The translations under genes and the position numbers were made by a program. A DNA stretch of 62,063 nucleotides, counting the filler, from Circinaria calcarea (taxonomy: Eukaryota), in the NCBI GenBank assembly GCA_051942165.1. It is 14 parts of 14 records of this genome, joined end to end, with 100 filler letters (N's around TTAATTAATTAA, not from the genome) between each part and the next. Parts side by side here need not be neighbours in the genome. Positions count along the whole stretch, not along the records: positions 35,593 to 39,927 come from JAVECS010002367.1; positions 40,028 to 44,358 come from JAVECS010002368.1; positions 44,459 to 48,787 come from JAVECS010002369.1; 11 more parts are not named here. The stretch is one strand, 5' to 3'. The notes under the pieces were generated by a model, which was not told where the DNA came from, searched no databases, and saw nothing but the letters and a program-made list of their open reading frames with translations. Positions within the stretch are counted from its first letter, which is position 1. Every line of letters starts with the position of its first letter. Shown in pieces: positions 36,430 through 48,100 of this stretch.

Positions 36430-36600
36430 CGCATAGTATAAGGCACGGCATAAATAATAGTATATAGCATAACATAAAGCGGAGCATAGAGCATGGCATA
36501 AAGCATGGCATAAAGGAAACCATAAGGCATAGCATAGAGTATAATGCATAAAGCATAATATTAAGGACAATATGCAGCATAAAATGAAATATAATATATT
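36430..36600. repeat. Degenerate ~12-bp-period minisatellite (consensus near AGCATGGCATAA)
   Basis: Recurrent GCATA(A/G) at about 12-bp spacing, e.g. agcatggcataaagcatggcataaa; AT/TA-enriched variants. Confidence 0.65.
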
Positions 36601-36714
36601 ACGCCGAATATTATTTCGCTCCAGTATTTTCGTTGTCTCCTCCCAATTAATCTGATTATACTCTGTTCTTGGAGCCCAGTTGGATCTTGTTTCGGACTGG
36701 AACGGGATTGCGCC

Positions 36715-39032
36715 ATGTCCTCAGGATCTAACAATAGACGCTCAATACAGGCAAGGTCAAATAGTGGCGGTTCACAGCAGCAAGGATCAGTCGACTGGGT
36801 CCAACTGGCCGGCTCGAGCGTTAATTTCACAGTCGAGTTTCTGGTACGAATATCGCAAGATGGAGTGGAAGTACTGACTGTATGTGCCGCTGAAGCTGTC
36901 CTGGCAAGACTAAAATTCGGTCCCAAGGGGGAAACACGTGTACAAGAAGCAGTTGCTCAACTGAGGGCCTTTTCCTCTCTTAGTAATGTTCTTTGGTTCG
37001 GTTTCGGAATTAAACATGTTATACGCCAGTTGGTGGAGTCTTCTGAAGGACTCAACTGCATTGCTGTGTGTGCGGCTCTTTCAGAAGTGTACAGCCCGCT
37101 GGACGCCGCTAAGATTCTTCGAGAAATGCTGCTATTTTGCGATGCACCGTCTCGTCTCACACCATCCTTAAAGCAGTGGATATCTCTTGTGGAAGTATGT
37201 GCAGGAGCCCTCGCGCCGACTGATTTCGGTGTGACTATTCACCATATTACACGGCTTTGTCTTTCGGATGGCACTTCCAGCCTCCGGCTTCGTTCAGATC
37301 CCGCAGCAGTTGCCAAAGCATTAAATGGCATTATTATGGTCTCGAATCGGTCTCTGGATCGAGTGCAACTTTTTCGGTGGAGCAGACTGCGGATGGATTG
37401 CTGCTTTTGCAAGCTGGCTATTAGATATGTTGGTTGAGGTGCGAGATGTATCTGGGCAAACGCTTTACTGCTCTGAGCCCGAAAATTCCCACAGGACAAG
37501 TATAGGTTGTTTATGGCGATGCTTCAGCAACGGAGCTTCAACTTGTGAGGAAAAGTTTCATAATACCTAGTGGACAGTTGCTCATTCGAGAAGACTTAAG
37601 ACAACAGGCTGCAGCGGGAGATGTGTTTTCTTATGGGAGAGTACAATGGAGATCTCTTCTGCGAGATACATTTGGAAAGCCTATTAAAGACCCGATTGAC
37701 GGAGGACAGGCTACGTTTTGCGGAACTGCATTGGGGTGTGCCGCCAGACTTTTCACGGCCATTGTTACTGATGATGAAGATCTTCCTTCTGATGCCTATG
37801 AGAAATACCGTCAAGATTGGGCGCATATCAACTCTTCTAGCCATGGCCGGGGATTCATCAATACAATATTCCGATCTCTACCAGAACTGACAGAATCCGA
37901 GAGGTTGGTGGATGCTATGGAGCTTAGAGGCTGTTAGTAAGTATGAGAAAGCCATCCAAATAATCGCAGGGGCATGCAGATGCCGGATGTGCACGCATCC
38001 TTCGGAGCACGAGTTGGACACATCTATACCTCCAAACCAAACCTTTTGTCAAGTCGTCTTGGTGGAAGTTATCAGCGAGCTTGTACAGGTCATCTCTTCT
38101 TTATTTATAAAGACGGATACATTCCCTGCAAGATCCGGAATTGAAGATCTTTATTGGAACCGCTTGCAGCTGGAGCAAAGGAACAAGCACATGAATAAGC
38201 AATGGAGCCACGTCTACAAGGGTCTCCTTAGACACAAGTCACGAAATGTGTTAATTTTACTGGACGTCGTGGAAACTATGTATTCAGAGGCCACTCTGCC
38301 AAAGCTTCTGGTGGCCTTTGTTTTGTTAAAGACACGTTAATCCACCTGTCTGCCAATCAGGAACAATGCAATTATTTACATATTATACCGGGCCGCATCG
38401 AATGGGATGGCAAAATCTTCGACGAAGTGACCGATTTTCCAAGCGAGCCAACAAAAATAGGAGGTCCACAGTATGAGGCCGTGCTAGGAAGTACCATTTC
38501 TTCTATTTCCTGCTGCGATGTTAAATATTCATGTTCTCCAGATCTTACTTGTGATATTGTGATCGAGGAAAACGGAGGGCATCATGCCTTATCGCTCAAC
38601 TTCGTATACCGAATTTCCACGTCCAACGGCAGATTCCTTATCGGACCATGTGACTTAGCAAGCAAGATTTGCATGGCGATTCCTACCAAAGATTGCAAAG
38701 GCCGCGAATGCAGTTCCATCCCGCCCTTCGACGTATACTCTGTTCAAGGCGAAGGTGTAATCGTAAGCCGTGACGGTCTCCCAACAATCGACTCCATTCC
38801 TATTATACGGGTTCTCTCAAAAAGCGTTCTGGCTCAGTGGATTGCGTTGATGCAGTCACGGTTGCTCGTGCCGCCGTCGAGAGATAACTTATTTCCACGA
38901 CACATAATGAACACGGTTATCTTACAGGACAAGCAGTGCCTGCACTGCTTGCTGAGCAGCGCGATACAAGGTCCACGGAGCAGGCAAAACATTTCGGGAA
39001 CGAGAACTGTCTGCATTATCACCACATCATAG
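36715..39032 (+). pseudogene. Frameshifted member of an uncharacterised Pezizomycotina family (VDW...LWFGFGIKH type)
   Basis: Consecutive frames join into one protein of roughly 770 aa: VDWVQL...LWFGFGIKHVIRQL...CIAVCAALSE; +1 in T5 run 37370-37374 (QLFGGADCGWIAA); shift plus TAG near 37500; shifts near 37930 and 38290 (HIIPGRIEWDG); ends QCLHC...CIITTS*. Confidence 0.8.
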
Positions 39033-39927
39033 CCCTGGTTTAGTAGGTTATTTGTTTCCATTATTACGCATGGATCTTTGATAGGGTACTGGAAGGTTCT
39101 ATCGTCTGCTGTTTTACTGCTAACTAGCTGTCGGACGATGTCCATCCGCTTTGTTCCCGGAAGAGTAATAGAAATAAAGTGCCGTTGACTAGAAGTCTCC
39201 CTTATACGGGAGTGGAAAGTAAATCAAATTATATCTTAAAATCTTCCATTTCGCCAGGCAACTTCTTTATTAACGATTTATGACTTTATTCTAGGCTATA
39301 AGATCTTGTTCCCACGCTTATGTTTAATATCACCTTTTTTTTGCCAGTAAAACTAGGGACGACAAGGGGAATAATATGGCAGGCACAAAGCTTTTTAGTG
39401 CTTGCATTCCAGGTCGCGGCTGCTCTGGCCTAGAATCATCTCATGGTCATCTAGATGTTTGTATTAAATACCTGCCAATAGAAAACAAAGCGAATGATAA
39501 GGCCGAAAACAAGCCTTTTGGACTTTGCCTCGGCTTGCCGCTTGCATACTAGCTCCAACGGCTACGTCTGCCAAGATTTCCTGCAATTTGCCGATCTCCG
39601 TCATATGAGGGGAATGCTGAAAGTTGCCCCTCCCCAATATAAATTCAACGGCTATAAGATATAACGTCCGCCTCAACTTTACAGCCTCAGAGCTGGAAGA
39701 TCTCAATGGTCTCATTGGAGTAAGAGCAGAGGTACATTTACAAAGTCTGCAGAGAAAACAACCCACCTTGTACCACCAGTAGGAAGCAGACGGCCAGCAG
39801 GTCGCACAGGAACGCCGTTGATATCAGCCCCGTCCGTTTTTGAGCCTTTTCAATTCCTGACCTTTCCTTTACGATGGCTTTCCTTCGCATACCTTCACGC
39901 CTCCGCCCTCTCACGCGTCTTGCGTCC

Positions 39928-40027
39928 NNNNNNNNNNNNNNNNNNNNNNNNNNNNNNNNNNNNNNNNNNNNTTAATTAATTAANNNNNNNNNNNNNNNNN
40001 NNNNNNNNNNNNNNNNNNNNNNNNNNN
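39928..40027. other. Artificial contig linker
   Basis: 44N-TTAATTAATTAA-44N. Confidence 0.99.
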
Positions 40028-40814
40028 CGGACTCGGACGGTGGATTGAACACCCCGTCAATTCGCTGGGCGAGGTTCAGGTCTGGTGTGTTCTCATCGAG
40101 ATATCTTTCTAACGCCTGCACCATGGCATGAACTTCAGAACCTGATAGCCATCTCCCAGGATAAGGCGAACCCCCGCTATGAGCGAGTCCCGTGGCCTCT
40201 TTGCCTCTGGCAACAATGTTGATATACACCCCGGGATTCGAGTCGGGTGCCATCCATTTATCCACGAAATTTCTGATAAAAGGACTTGCATCATAATCAC
40301 TCGTAAGAGTGTTTTTGATCAGAGATTCGAGCACTATCACCGGGAGAGTAAGTAGCTGAAGATAGATGTAATATCTCTTTGATGAGAAGTCCTCAGCCAC
40401 CAAGATCCATGATGATTTCTTTGAGCTCTTGTCCTTCAGCATTTCATTCGCATATCGATAGATTTCGGATGCCAGCCCCCAGTGACCTTCAGTCTGCAAA
40501 GTCATAAGCATGCGCTGTTGCTCGTTGGTCTGAACAGGAGTATCAGGATCTGGCTGGACCTTGGCTGCTTCCACGAAGTCTGGTGCAAGCGTTGGAATTG
40601 GCTGCGTTGGGTATAGGAGGATAGCTGGACGGCTCAAGCTGCGAATAGCTTGGGATGCTCGCTGTTGGCTCGACATGATGCCTCTTTGTTTGGATAAAGA
40701 CAAGTAAAATTCTGCAGGAAAGACGGATCCAAGAGGAATGGTCAAGGGCTCTTGAGCTTTGAGAAGGAGAGTCGTGATCAAAAGGTAGTAGAGAGGTCTC
40801 GACCATGGGGGCAT
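40028..40814 (-). CDS. Hypothetical protein (3' partial)
   Basis: Open frame of more than 260 codons running to the contig end with globular composition (LPVIVLESLIKNTL...PGVYINIVA...GRWLSGSE...AQRID). Start at 40814 or 40676. Confidence 0.65.
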
Positions 40815-40997
40815 AATAGACTCCGAGTGGCAAAATTAAGCGAGATGTATTATTTACTGTGCGTAATATTGAGCTCATATTCACTATTGCTCTATACTGA
40901 TTACCACCTCCAGGCAGATAGATTTCACGCCATTATTTAAGCTCTGTATTGCTCGCCTACTGCCCACAAAGTCGTTAATTCCACTTCACCACCATCG

Positions 40998-41066
40998 TCA
41001 CTTTACATCTTCACTTTACATCTTCACTTTACATCTTCACTTTACATCTTCACTTTACATCTTCAC
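40998..41066. repeat. Perfect 13-bp tandem repeat (TCACTTTACATCT) x5.3
   Basis: Five identical units 40998-41062 plus TCAC. Confidence 0.97.
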
Positions 41067-41218
41067 AATCACAGCCATTACAACACGTTACGGTTTGGAT
41101 TACAAGATATTAAACTTATCAATCAATAACTCTGGGAGGACCTTGCCTGCTACTATTAAGCTACAAGCCTTCGAGTTTTCAACCAAGCTTTTTTTACCTT
41201 TCAAACTCCCGAAACATC

Positions 41219-42589
41219 ATGTCCGACTCACGTGGTGGTGCTGCTTCTGGTCGTGGTCGTTCTTCTGGCCATGCTGGAAGCTCTCGTGGTAGTCGAGGTT
41301 CCTCTCGTGGTGGTCGAGGTTTCTCTCGTCGTCGTGGTAATCCGCCTCGTGGAGGTAGAGATGCTCGTGGTGGTGGGAATGCTCAGGGCGGTGACCTTCA
41401 TCCCGGATCTGTCACTGAGGCTTCGTCTTCTGGATACGCACCAGCACCACCTCAAACGATGATTGGACTATCTGGGGACCAAGTTCTCGAGTTTGCTCGG
41501 ATTTTATGTGGACAGGCAACACTACCACCTCCCCCTGCTCCTCCTGCTCCTCAGGCCCAAGCAGAGCTTCGGATGCGTGGTTGCGCTGGCTCTTCTCCTG
41601 CCCCGGAACCATCTTCCTCGTCTAATCTTGCGGCTCCGGTTCTCAGTGGTGAGCAGTATGCCTTCCTCGAGATGGCCCGGATGTTGCAGCAACAAACAGC
41701 GCGAGCATCAGCAGCAGCTCCATTGCCAAGCGTTGAAAGGAGCCCAGCTCCGCGAGATGGACATCGTGGTCGAAGCAATTACTACTCGAGTCGATCAAAT
41801 CGACGTTCTCGTTCACGCCATCGTTCACCGCGTCGTTCACGGCATTACTCACCACATCGTTCACGGCATCACTCACCACATCATTCACGGCATCACTCAC
41901 CACATCGTTCGCGGCATCGCTCACCGCGCCGCTCACGGCATTACTCAAGGCATCGTTCTCGGTCTCCTAGGAGACGGTCCCGATCTCCTTCTCGATACTC
42001 TGCTCGAGCTCATCGAAATCGCTCTCCAAGATTTCGATCACGATCGCCAGAACGTCTGGCATATATACCTGATCGACCAGTCATTCCTAGTGGTCAATGG
42101 CGTGCATCACCCAGACCATCTACATCGGTTGAGCATCAGCCACTGGCTGCGCCCGAGTCTGCGTCGAATAATCAATCCGATGCATCAAATCAGTCTCGGC
42201 GACTTCTCGCCTCCACCCGCCTTCTTTCTGGAATCCAGCAGGCAACTTCGTTGAACCAGCGATGGGAGCAGGCCTACCTCCAACTGTCAGCCACTCTGCA
42301 AGACGGCGATCCAGCATTGATCGCTTTGCTGGCTAGGGTGGACAGGGAGGCTCTAATATACGGGGCTGTGGTTGAAGAGTTCGCAGCAGCACATGGCAGA
42401 CTCTGTAACGCCACCGAGGAGACTGTAGACGGTGTAGTTCGGTCTGTAGAGTCTCGCTTCATTACGTTGCTAGGATCGCACCGGGCCTGGCGTGCGAACA
42501 GTGATGCCGTGCTGCGAAGCTTCTTCCCTCAGCTTGAGCAGCTTATCGGTCGAGACAATAGCCTGAATGCCATCATGGAAGGCTCCTAG
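41219..42589 (+). CDS. Orphan RGG / RS-His repeat protein with helical C-terminal domain
   Basis: 456-aa intronless ORF: RGG N-terminus, Pro-rich linker, (RSRHxSPx)6 block, about 130-aa non-repetitive C-terminus. Confidence 0.7.
   Translation: MSDSRGGAASGRGRSSGHAGSSRGSRGSSRGGRGFSRRRGNPPRGGRDARGGGNAQGGDLHPGSVTEASSSGYAPAPPQTMIGLSGDQVLEFARILCGQATLPPPPAPPAPQAQAELRMRGCAGSSPAPEPSSSSNLAAPVLSGEQYAFLEMARMLQQQTARASAAAPLPSVERSPAPRDGHRGRSNYYSSRSNRRSRSRHRSPRRSRHYSPHRSRHHSPHHSRHHSPHRSRHRSPRRSRHYSRHRSRSPRRRSRSPSRYSARAHRNRSPRFRSRSPERLAYIPDRPVIPSGQWRASPRPSTSVEHQPLAAPESASNNQSDASNQSRRLLASTRLLSGIQQATSLNQRWEQAYLQLSATLQDGDPALIALLARVDREALIYGAVVEEFAAAHGRLCNATEETVDGVVRSVESRFITLLGSHRAWRANSDAVLRSFFPQLEQLIGRDNSLNAIMEGS
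41810..41953. repeat. Coding 24-bp tandem repeat x6 (CGTTCACGGCATCACTCACCACAT-like)
   Basis: Six units read directly; they encode RSRH(R/Y/H)SP(R/H). Confidence 0.93.
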
Positions 42590-42681
42590 ACACGTCTTTG
42601 ATGTCGTTGTTGACTGGTAGTTTCCCAATTGCCAACTGTGCGAAATATGGGTTCATGGTGAAGATCAATGGCCTAGATAAT

Positions 42682-42794
42682 AAGAGGAGGGCCTATACGG
42701 TGATTGAAGAGGAGGGCCCATACAGTGATTGAAGAGGAGGACCCATACGGTGATTGAAGAGGAGGGCCTATACAATGATTGAAGAGGAGGGCCC
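42682..42794. repeat. 25-bp tandem repeat x4.5 (AAGAGGAGGGCCYATACRRTGATTG)
   Basis: Units start at 42682, 42707, 42732, 42757 and 42782; differences between units are transitions only. Confidence 0.95.
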
Positions 42795-44358
42795 GCATAA
42801 TAGTAGAAGAGGACTTGCGTTCATCAAAAGGAGTACATCATGTTTCCATGAAACCGGGCGGGACAAATATGACTTCGCTGCGTTTACCAGAGCTGGGGTA
42901 TGGAACTTGGGTTTCAAAATAAATAACTTTCAAGAGATGGACTGGCTGACTACATCTTCTGAAGTGGGACTAACAACAGCTATCCGGTGAACTGGATGGA
43001 GGGACTGCTTGGACTGGATACCGGCTGAACGGATAGCTTAGAATGGACTGGAGTCTGGCTGGTTAGGATGGTCTAGGATCAATGTGCTGCCCGAATGCTC
43101 TCGATGAGATAGCCAAGGGGAGGCTCTGGTTAAATCATCAATGCAAAAGGGTTCTCTCGATCAGTAATGCGCGTTGCTTGCGTGACTTTGTATGAGCAGG
43201 TTGACCGCTGTCTTCCCTCCACTACACCCGCTTATATTCCGACTTCCTCCCTATCTAGACCTGCTTTCCACTCGTGGTGCCATTTTTCTACGCTGCGTGT
43301 ATAAATCAGGGACGGTGGGGCCGCTAGATATTGAATAGTACCATCATCCCATGAACAGGGCTTTAGAGCGTTGGCAAGATATCAATATCCAGAGGATGGT
43401 TTTCCCAGCCACTATAAGACAGACCATGAAGCTGTACTGCCATATACTAATAACTATGGTAAGCTCAAGTAATGACCCCAGGTTTAAAGCAGAAACAGTG
43501 GATTTTGCGGACTTGGGAAGCTGTATGCGCACCCGCGCACAGGCTATGCGCGGGTGTGCATAGAGGTTCCTATCTCCCCAAAACTCACACCTTTTCTTCC
43601 GAACTCAGAGAGACTATTAGAAATGAATGTAAAGATAAGCTTACCGGCTTACGAGCTGTCAAACCTGCGAGTTGGTGGGGAATGCTCTCCGATTACTCCT
43701 ATTTTGGGATTTCTCGCTTACGATGTAAACTAGGGTAAGACACCCTTCAAAGGGGGGATTTGAGGACATAGAACTAAAGGAGAACTTAGTTGTTTCCATA
43801 TTTGTTTGGGCTATCTCGCAAGGGGGACCGCTCTGCAGGCACTATGTGTAAGGTTGTACGGGAAGGCAGGCACGAACCAGTGGCGTTTTGGCCAGCCTTC
43901 GGGCTTAGATAGAGAATGACAGTCCTACATTATATGATAGCGCGACAAGTTAGCCAGTTATGGTGTATGGAGAACAAAGTATGAATGGAAGAGACGAGAG
44001 ATAGACGCTGTGGGAATGGAGGCAGAGATGGGGAATGGAGTACGGAGAGGAGGAGGATGGAAGGTCATGCATGAAAGTTCTCAAGCGGGAAAAGGCATGA
44101 GAGATAATAGCATTTATCACTAGACGTAAGTTACGCTATTCATTATCTCTATGTCAACCTGGCACCTGGGTCCAACTCTTTAAGATTCCAGCAAGTCAAG
44201 GTGAGCTCGCTAAATTACAAAGAAATATCACCCTAGGTCCTCCTCATTTGTAGCCTTGAAAGCCATTCCAATTACCAAGTCATGGGACAAACGGTGCCGA
44301 GCCTATAATGCAGGTTAGTCACCTGGGAGAGTTACTAACCTAGAGTCCCCCTTGCGAA

Positions 44359-44458
44359 NNNNNNNNNNNNNNNNNNNNNNNNNNNNNNNNNNNNNNNNNN
44401 NNTTAATTAATTAANNNNNNNNNNNNNNNNNNNNNNNNNNNNNNNNNNNNNNNNNNNN
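44359..44458. other. Artificial contig linker
   Basis: 44N-TTAATTAATTAA-44N. Confidence 0.99.
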
Positions 44459-45185
44459 GATCCCAAAAGGGCAAGAGGTAAATAAATACTTTTGCAATCG
44501 ACTCTGATTTACCTACCTACCTCATCCACCTCATCTACCTCATCCACCTACCTTCTCAAAATGACCTGGCAATCGACTTTGAATCTATCTATCTACCTAC
44601 CTTATTCTCCCGATTTAAAAATCGAGTTGGACGAAAAAAAGAGTCGGTCTTCCAAAAGCAAGACAAAAGCATCCCTTTTCTATTTCCTTTCGAAATTGCA
44701 AGTTTTGATATATTCTCATTCTTCAAAGGTCTTTAGCTACACAGACATATGCATTCCATCTACCCTGAGCTAAGCTTTCCCTTTGCAAAAATAAAGTTTG
44801 TTGTATTGGGAAATTGCATCATTTGTCTAGGAACTAAATAGCAAAATCCCGTTTTTCGTCTCTGGTTCCCCGATCCAACATGATATGACAAGGGTTACAA
44901 TCTTGCTCAACAAGATAAATTTCAGCGCCTGTTGCCCCCGTTTGCCATGCCAGAAAATGATGGAAGTTTTTTTTTTTAAAACAAAAGCTCTGCCAAGCCG
45001 GAAGGAGAATCGTATCCTCACTCATCAAATGGTGATGCCATGGACCGGAGGACATGTGAGCATATATTGAGTGAATGGAAAAACACATTCGGGCCCTTTT
45101 TACCCTGGTCCCTAATCATTTGTGTAACTCAAAACTCCAAAAGGTTTAAACTTGTCATGATGATGCCGCTGAAAATCCATTCGTA

Positions 45186-48100
45186 TCATCGCTATATCAG
45201 TTAGCTTACAACAATACTCAAAATTCACCTAGACTCACTCGTCCTCTCCGGCCACCAGCTTGTTGCTGCATCTGCTGCTGTTGCGGATAGTATTGCATTG
45301 GGTATTGATATCCTCCCATCATTCCTGCACCAACCATAGGGGTAAACCCTGGAGATGCATATGCCGATTGCTGCATCATCGGACCGGGGCTCATCGGCTG
45401 ATTCTGTTGGGGCAAAGGAGAATGCTGATTCTGTCGGTAGTTGTCAAATGATGGAGATGCAGATCCGTATCCACCCATCGTACTCCCATTCACATTAGGA
45501 TAAAAGGTTGCAGGCGACATTCCCCGTCCAGATGCGGCAAGAAGGTTTTGCTGGTATTGCATCTGCTGAGGATTGATCCCACCAGAGGCAAACACAGGAG
45601 TATTTAAACCAAACTGATCGTATGCCGAAAGACCCGTAGGATCTAATCCCATATTGCCCTGAGGTAGGAACTGTTGCTGTCCGACACTGGGAATGTACTG
45701 ACCACTGTTCTGTCTCTCCATAGGTGAATGCTGCATTTGACCGCTCCTCGAACCTTGTTGTGACATGGGCCGGCTTCTATCATGAAATGGGCTACTGGCG
45801 TTTGCAGAGCGGTCACGGTCTGACTTGCCACCAATGCGAGACGACAGACCAACTTCATCCATAAGCCGTTTGTATCCTTGCGACGGTGTGGCCTTTATTC
45901 GGGAAAGCACATTCCTCACGTTTTGAACAACATCAGCACGCATGCTCTCATCAAAGAATGGTGTCGTCAGGATCTTGAACATCAAAGTAGCACCGCATGT
46001 CTGATCACTCAAGATATCCTCGAGGATCTTATCGTCCTCGGAGAAGAACAGATATTGAAGGATGATGTCGCGCGCTTCAGGCTCATTTCGCTGATTAATC
46101 ACCTTCAGCACTGTGAGGTATGCCACTTTATGAGTGCAAAGATGTACGAGATGACGCACAAGTCGTGGTGCAAGAACGGTTCTCCGAAGAGGGAACATGC
46201 AGGTATCTAGAAACCACGTCAGAAGCAAAGCGCCATTGGCATTAGTGGCCAGCTGAACGCTGTGTAACGCGATGGCCGACGCAAGCATACGCTGCTGGTC
46301 TTTGGTAGAGTGATGACTCTCAAGACATGCTCGCATAGCTCTGGCTCCAAATCGGCCTTGCGCAATCTCCCAGAGCCGGGCGAGCATGGTCTCAAAGATA
46401 AAGTTGTTCCAAGGGTAGCCAAATTTCAAACAGCCTTGTAGCACATAATTACCGTATTGATCAAGAAACAGCGCGATCGTGTAGGGTCGAAGGCTGTCTA
46501 CGATCATGCCGATTTGCGTCGGCGTCTTTGCAACATCGATGATCTTCTGTGCCGCCCAAGTACCGTTCTTGTGTACGCCAATCTCTGCCAAATGTGGAGC
46601 AATCCCCCTAAGCATCGACTCTTTGACAGATTCGGAGCAGTATTCGAAAAGCTTCTGGACCACCGTGTTTCCTAGGTAGTCGGACGCCAGTTCAGCAATC
46701 TCTGGTAGCATACCCAAAGCTATTTCTTCAATCTCAGCTTGCGAGATGGCGTTGTTGTCTATCCTTTTACGAATCTCCCGAAGTTTAGGCGCATCGTGTG
46801 TCCTCATTTGGCTTGGTTCTGGTACGGACGGGATCTCGGGTTCAAAGTGGTTGAAGGAAATGGCAGCATCGATACTGGCCGCAATTGTGGGGAGATTCTG
46901 TTCGAGCGCACCGAATTCTTCAACAATGTGTAGCATCTCTGATTTAAGATCCGGCAGGGCAGAAACATGGAGAGCAGCGGCTGCACTCTGGGCGTGCACC
47001 CCATTGGTATGTTGAAGACCATTGCCGCCATTGGTGGAGACTCGATCATCTCTCCCGTCTGAAATCCTGCTGTACGGGTCTGGGCTCTGGGAAGGATATG
47101 ATCCATTGATGCCAGGGGTTCCCCCAGATGATACGGATGGGGCTTTAGCATAGCCGATTCGTACAGGTCCGGCTCCCGGGAAAATCTCCTTTCCATTGAG
47201 CATTGCCTTGGCTCGGATTGCACTATCTCCTTCCTCAAAGTTGACAAAGCCGCAGTTTTTATGTATCAGGACGCGTGTAGACTCGATCCTTCCAAAATTT
47301 GAAAAGATTGCTTGGAGGGATGACTCCGTTGTGGATGTCGGTATGCTACCCAGCCATAAAGCCCGAGTGGGTCCTTCGAGGCCACTATCCTCGGCGCCAT
47401 CAAAACCTGAATTACCACCAATGCTGGTGAGATGAAGAGCTCGGACGCTCTCAGGAAGTCCTACATAATCTTCCTCGGAAACACTCATGTCAGCTGCGCT
47501 AACGCTAGCATCGAGCCTGGAAGGTGTTGCCGTATAGTTCCTTGAATTACTTCGAAGTGGAGAATCTAGAACGCCAGCTGTCCGAGCCCTTGGGCGACTT
47601 GTAGTTGCTTGGTTAATAAAAGCCTGTACCGCAAGGTTGTGCTGATGGATCTGCGCGTGAGTCACGGCAAGTGCAGCAGCGGTCGAAGCTGCTGATGGTG
47701 TCAAGGTCCCGCTGTGAAGACCAGAATAGCGGCCAGCCTGGCCGTAAAATTCATCTTCGTCATCGGCATACTTTTCCTTTGCGTTCATCGAGTAAGAACG
47801 GTATCGACTGAGGTCCTTGTTGTAAGTCGCAAGGTCGGCAAGAAATGGCTGCAACATTGGTGTTGCCACGCTGCCAGTCATGCCATTTCCGTTGGACAGC
47901 GAGAGTGTAGATTGGCTGTTTTGCGGAGCCCTATCGAGACCGAGGTAGTCGAGTGTCTTCACACCGGCGTCCGCGAAACTGTCGCGTGAGAAAGACGACT
48001 GGGCCGGGGAATCTGGACCATCCGACGAGCGGATACTCAGCAGGGTGGAGCTTCGGTCTCTTGAACTTGGCCAGCCAGTGGAGAATAGAGAAGATCCGAA

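Noticed and set aside
41463..42254. Overlapping His/Ile-rich 263-aa ORF and antisense SDAV-repeat ORF
   Set aside because: These are expected by-products of a stop-free 24-bp repeat inside the longer ATG-initiated frame.
42682..42794. CRISPR-like 25-bp direct repeats
   Set aside because: The units are head-to-tail with no unique spacers, the context is eukaryotic and there are no cas genes.
43030..44358. Possible degenerate coding frames at the end of contig 10
   Set aside because: The fragments are short, no family was recognised and no consistent frame could be rebuilt.
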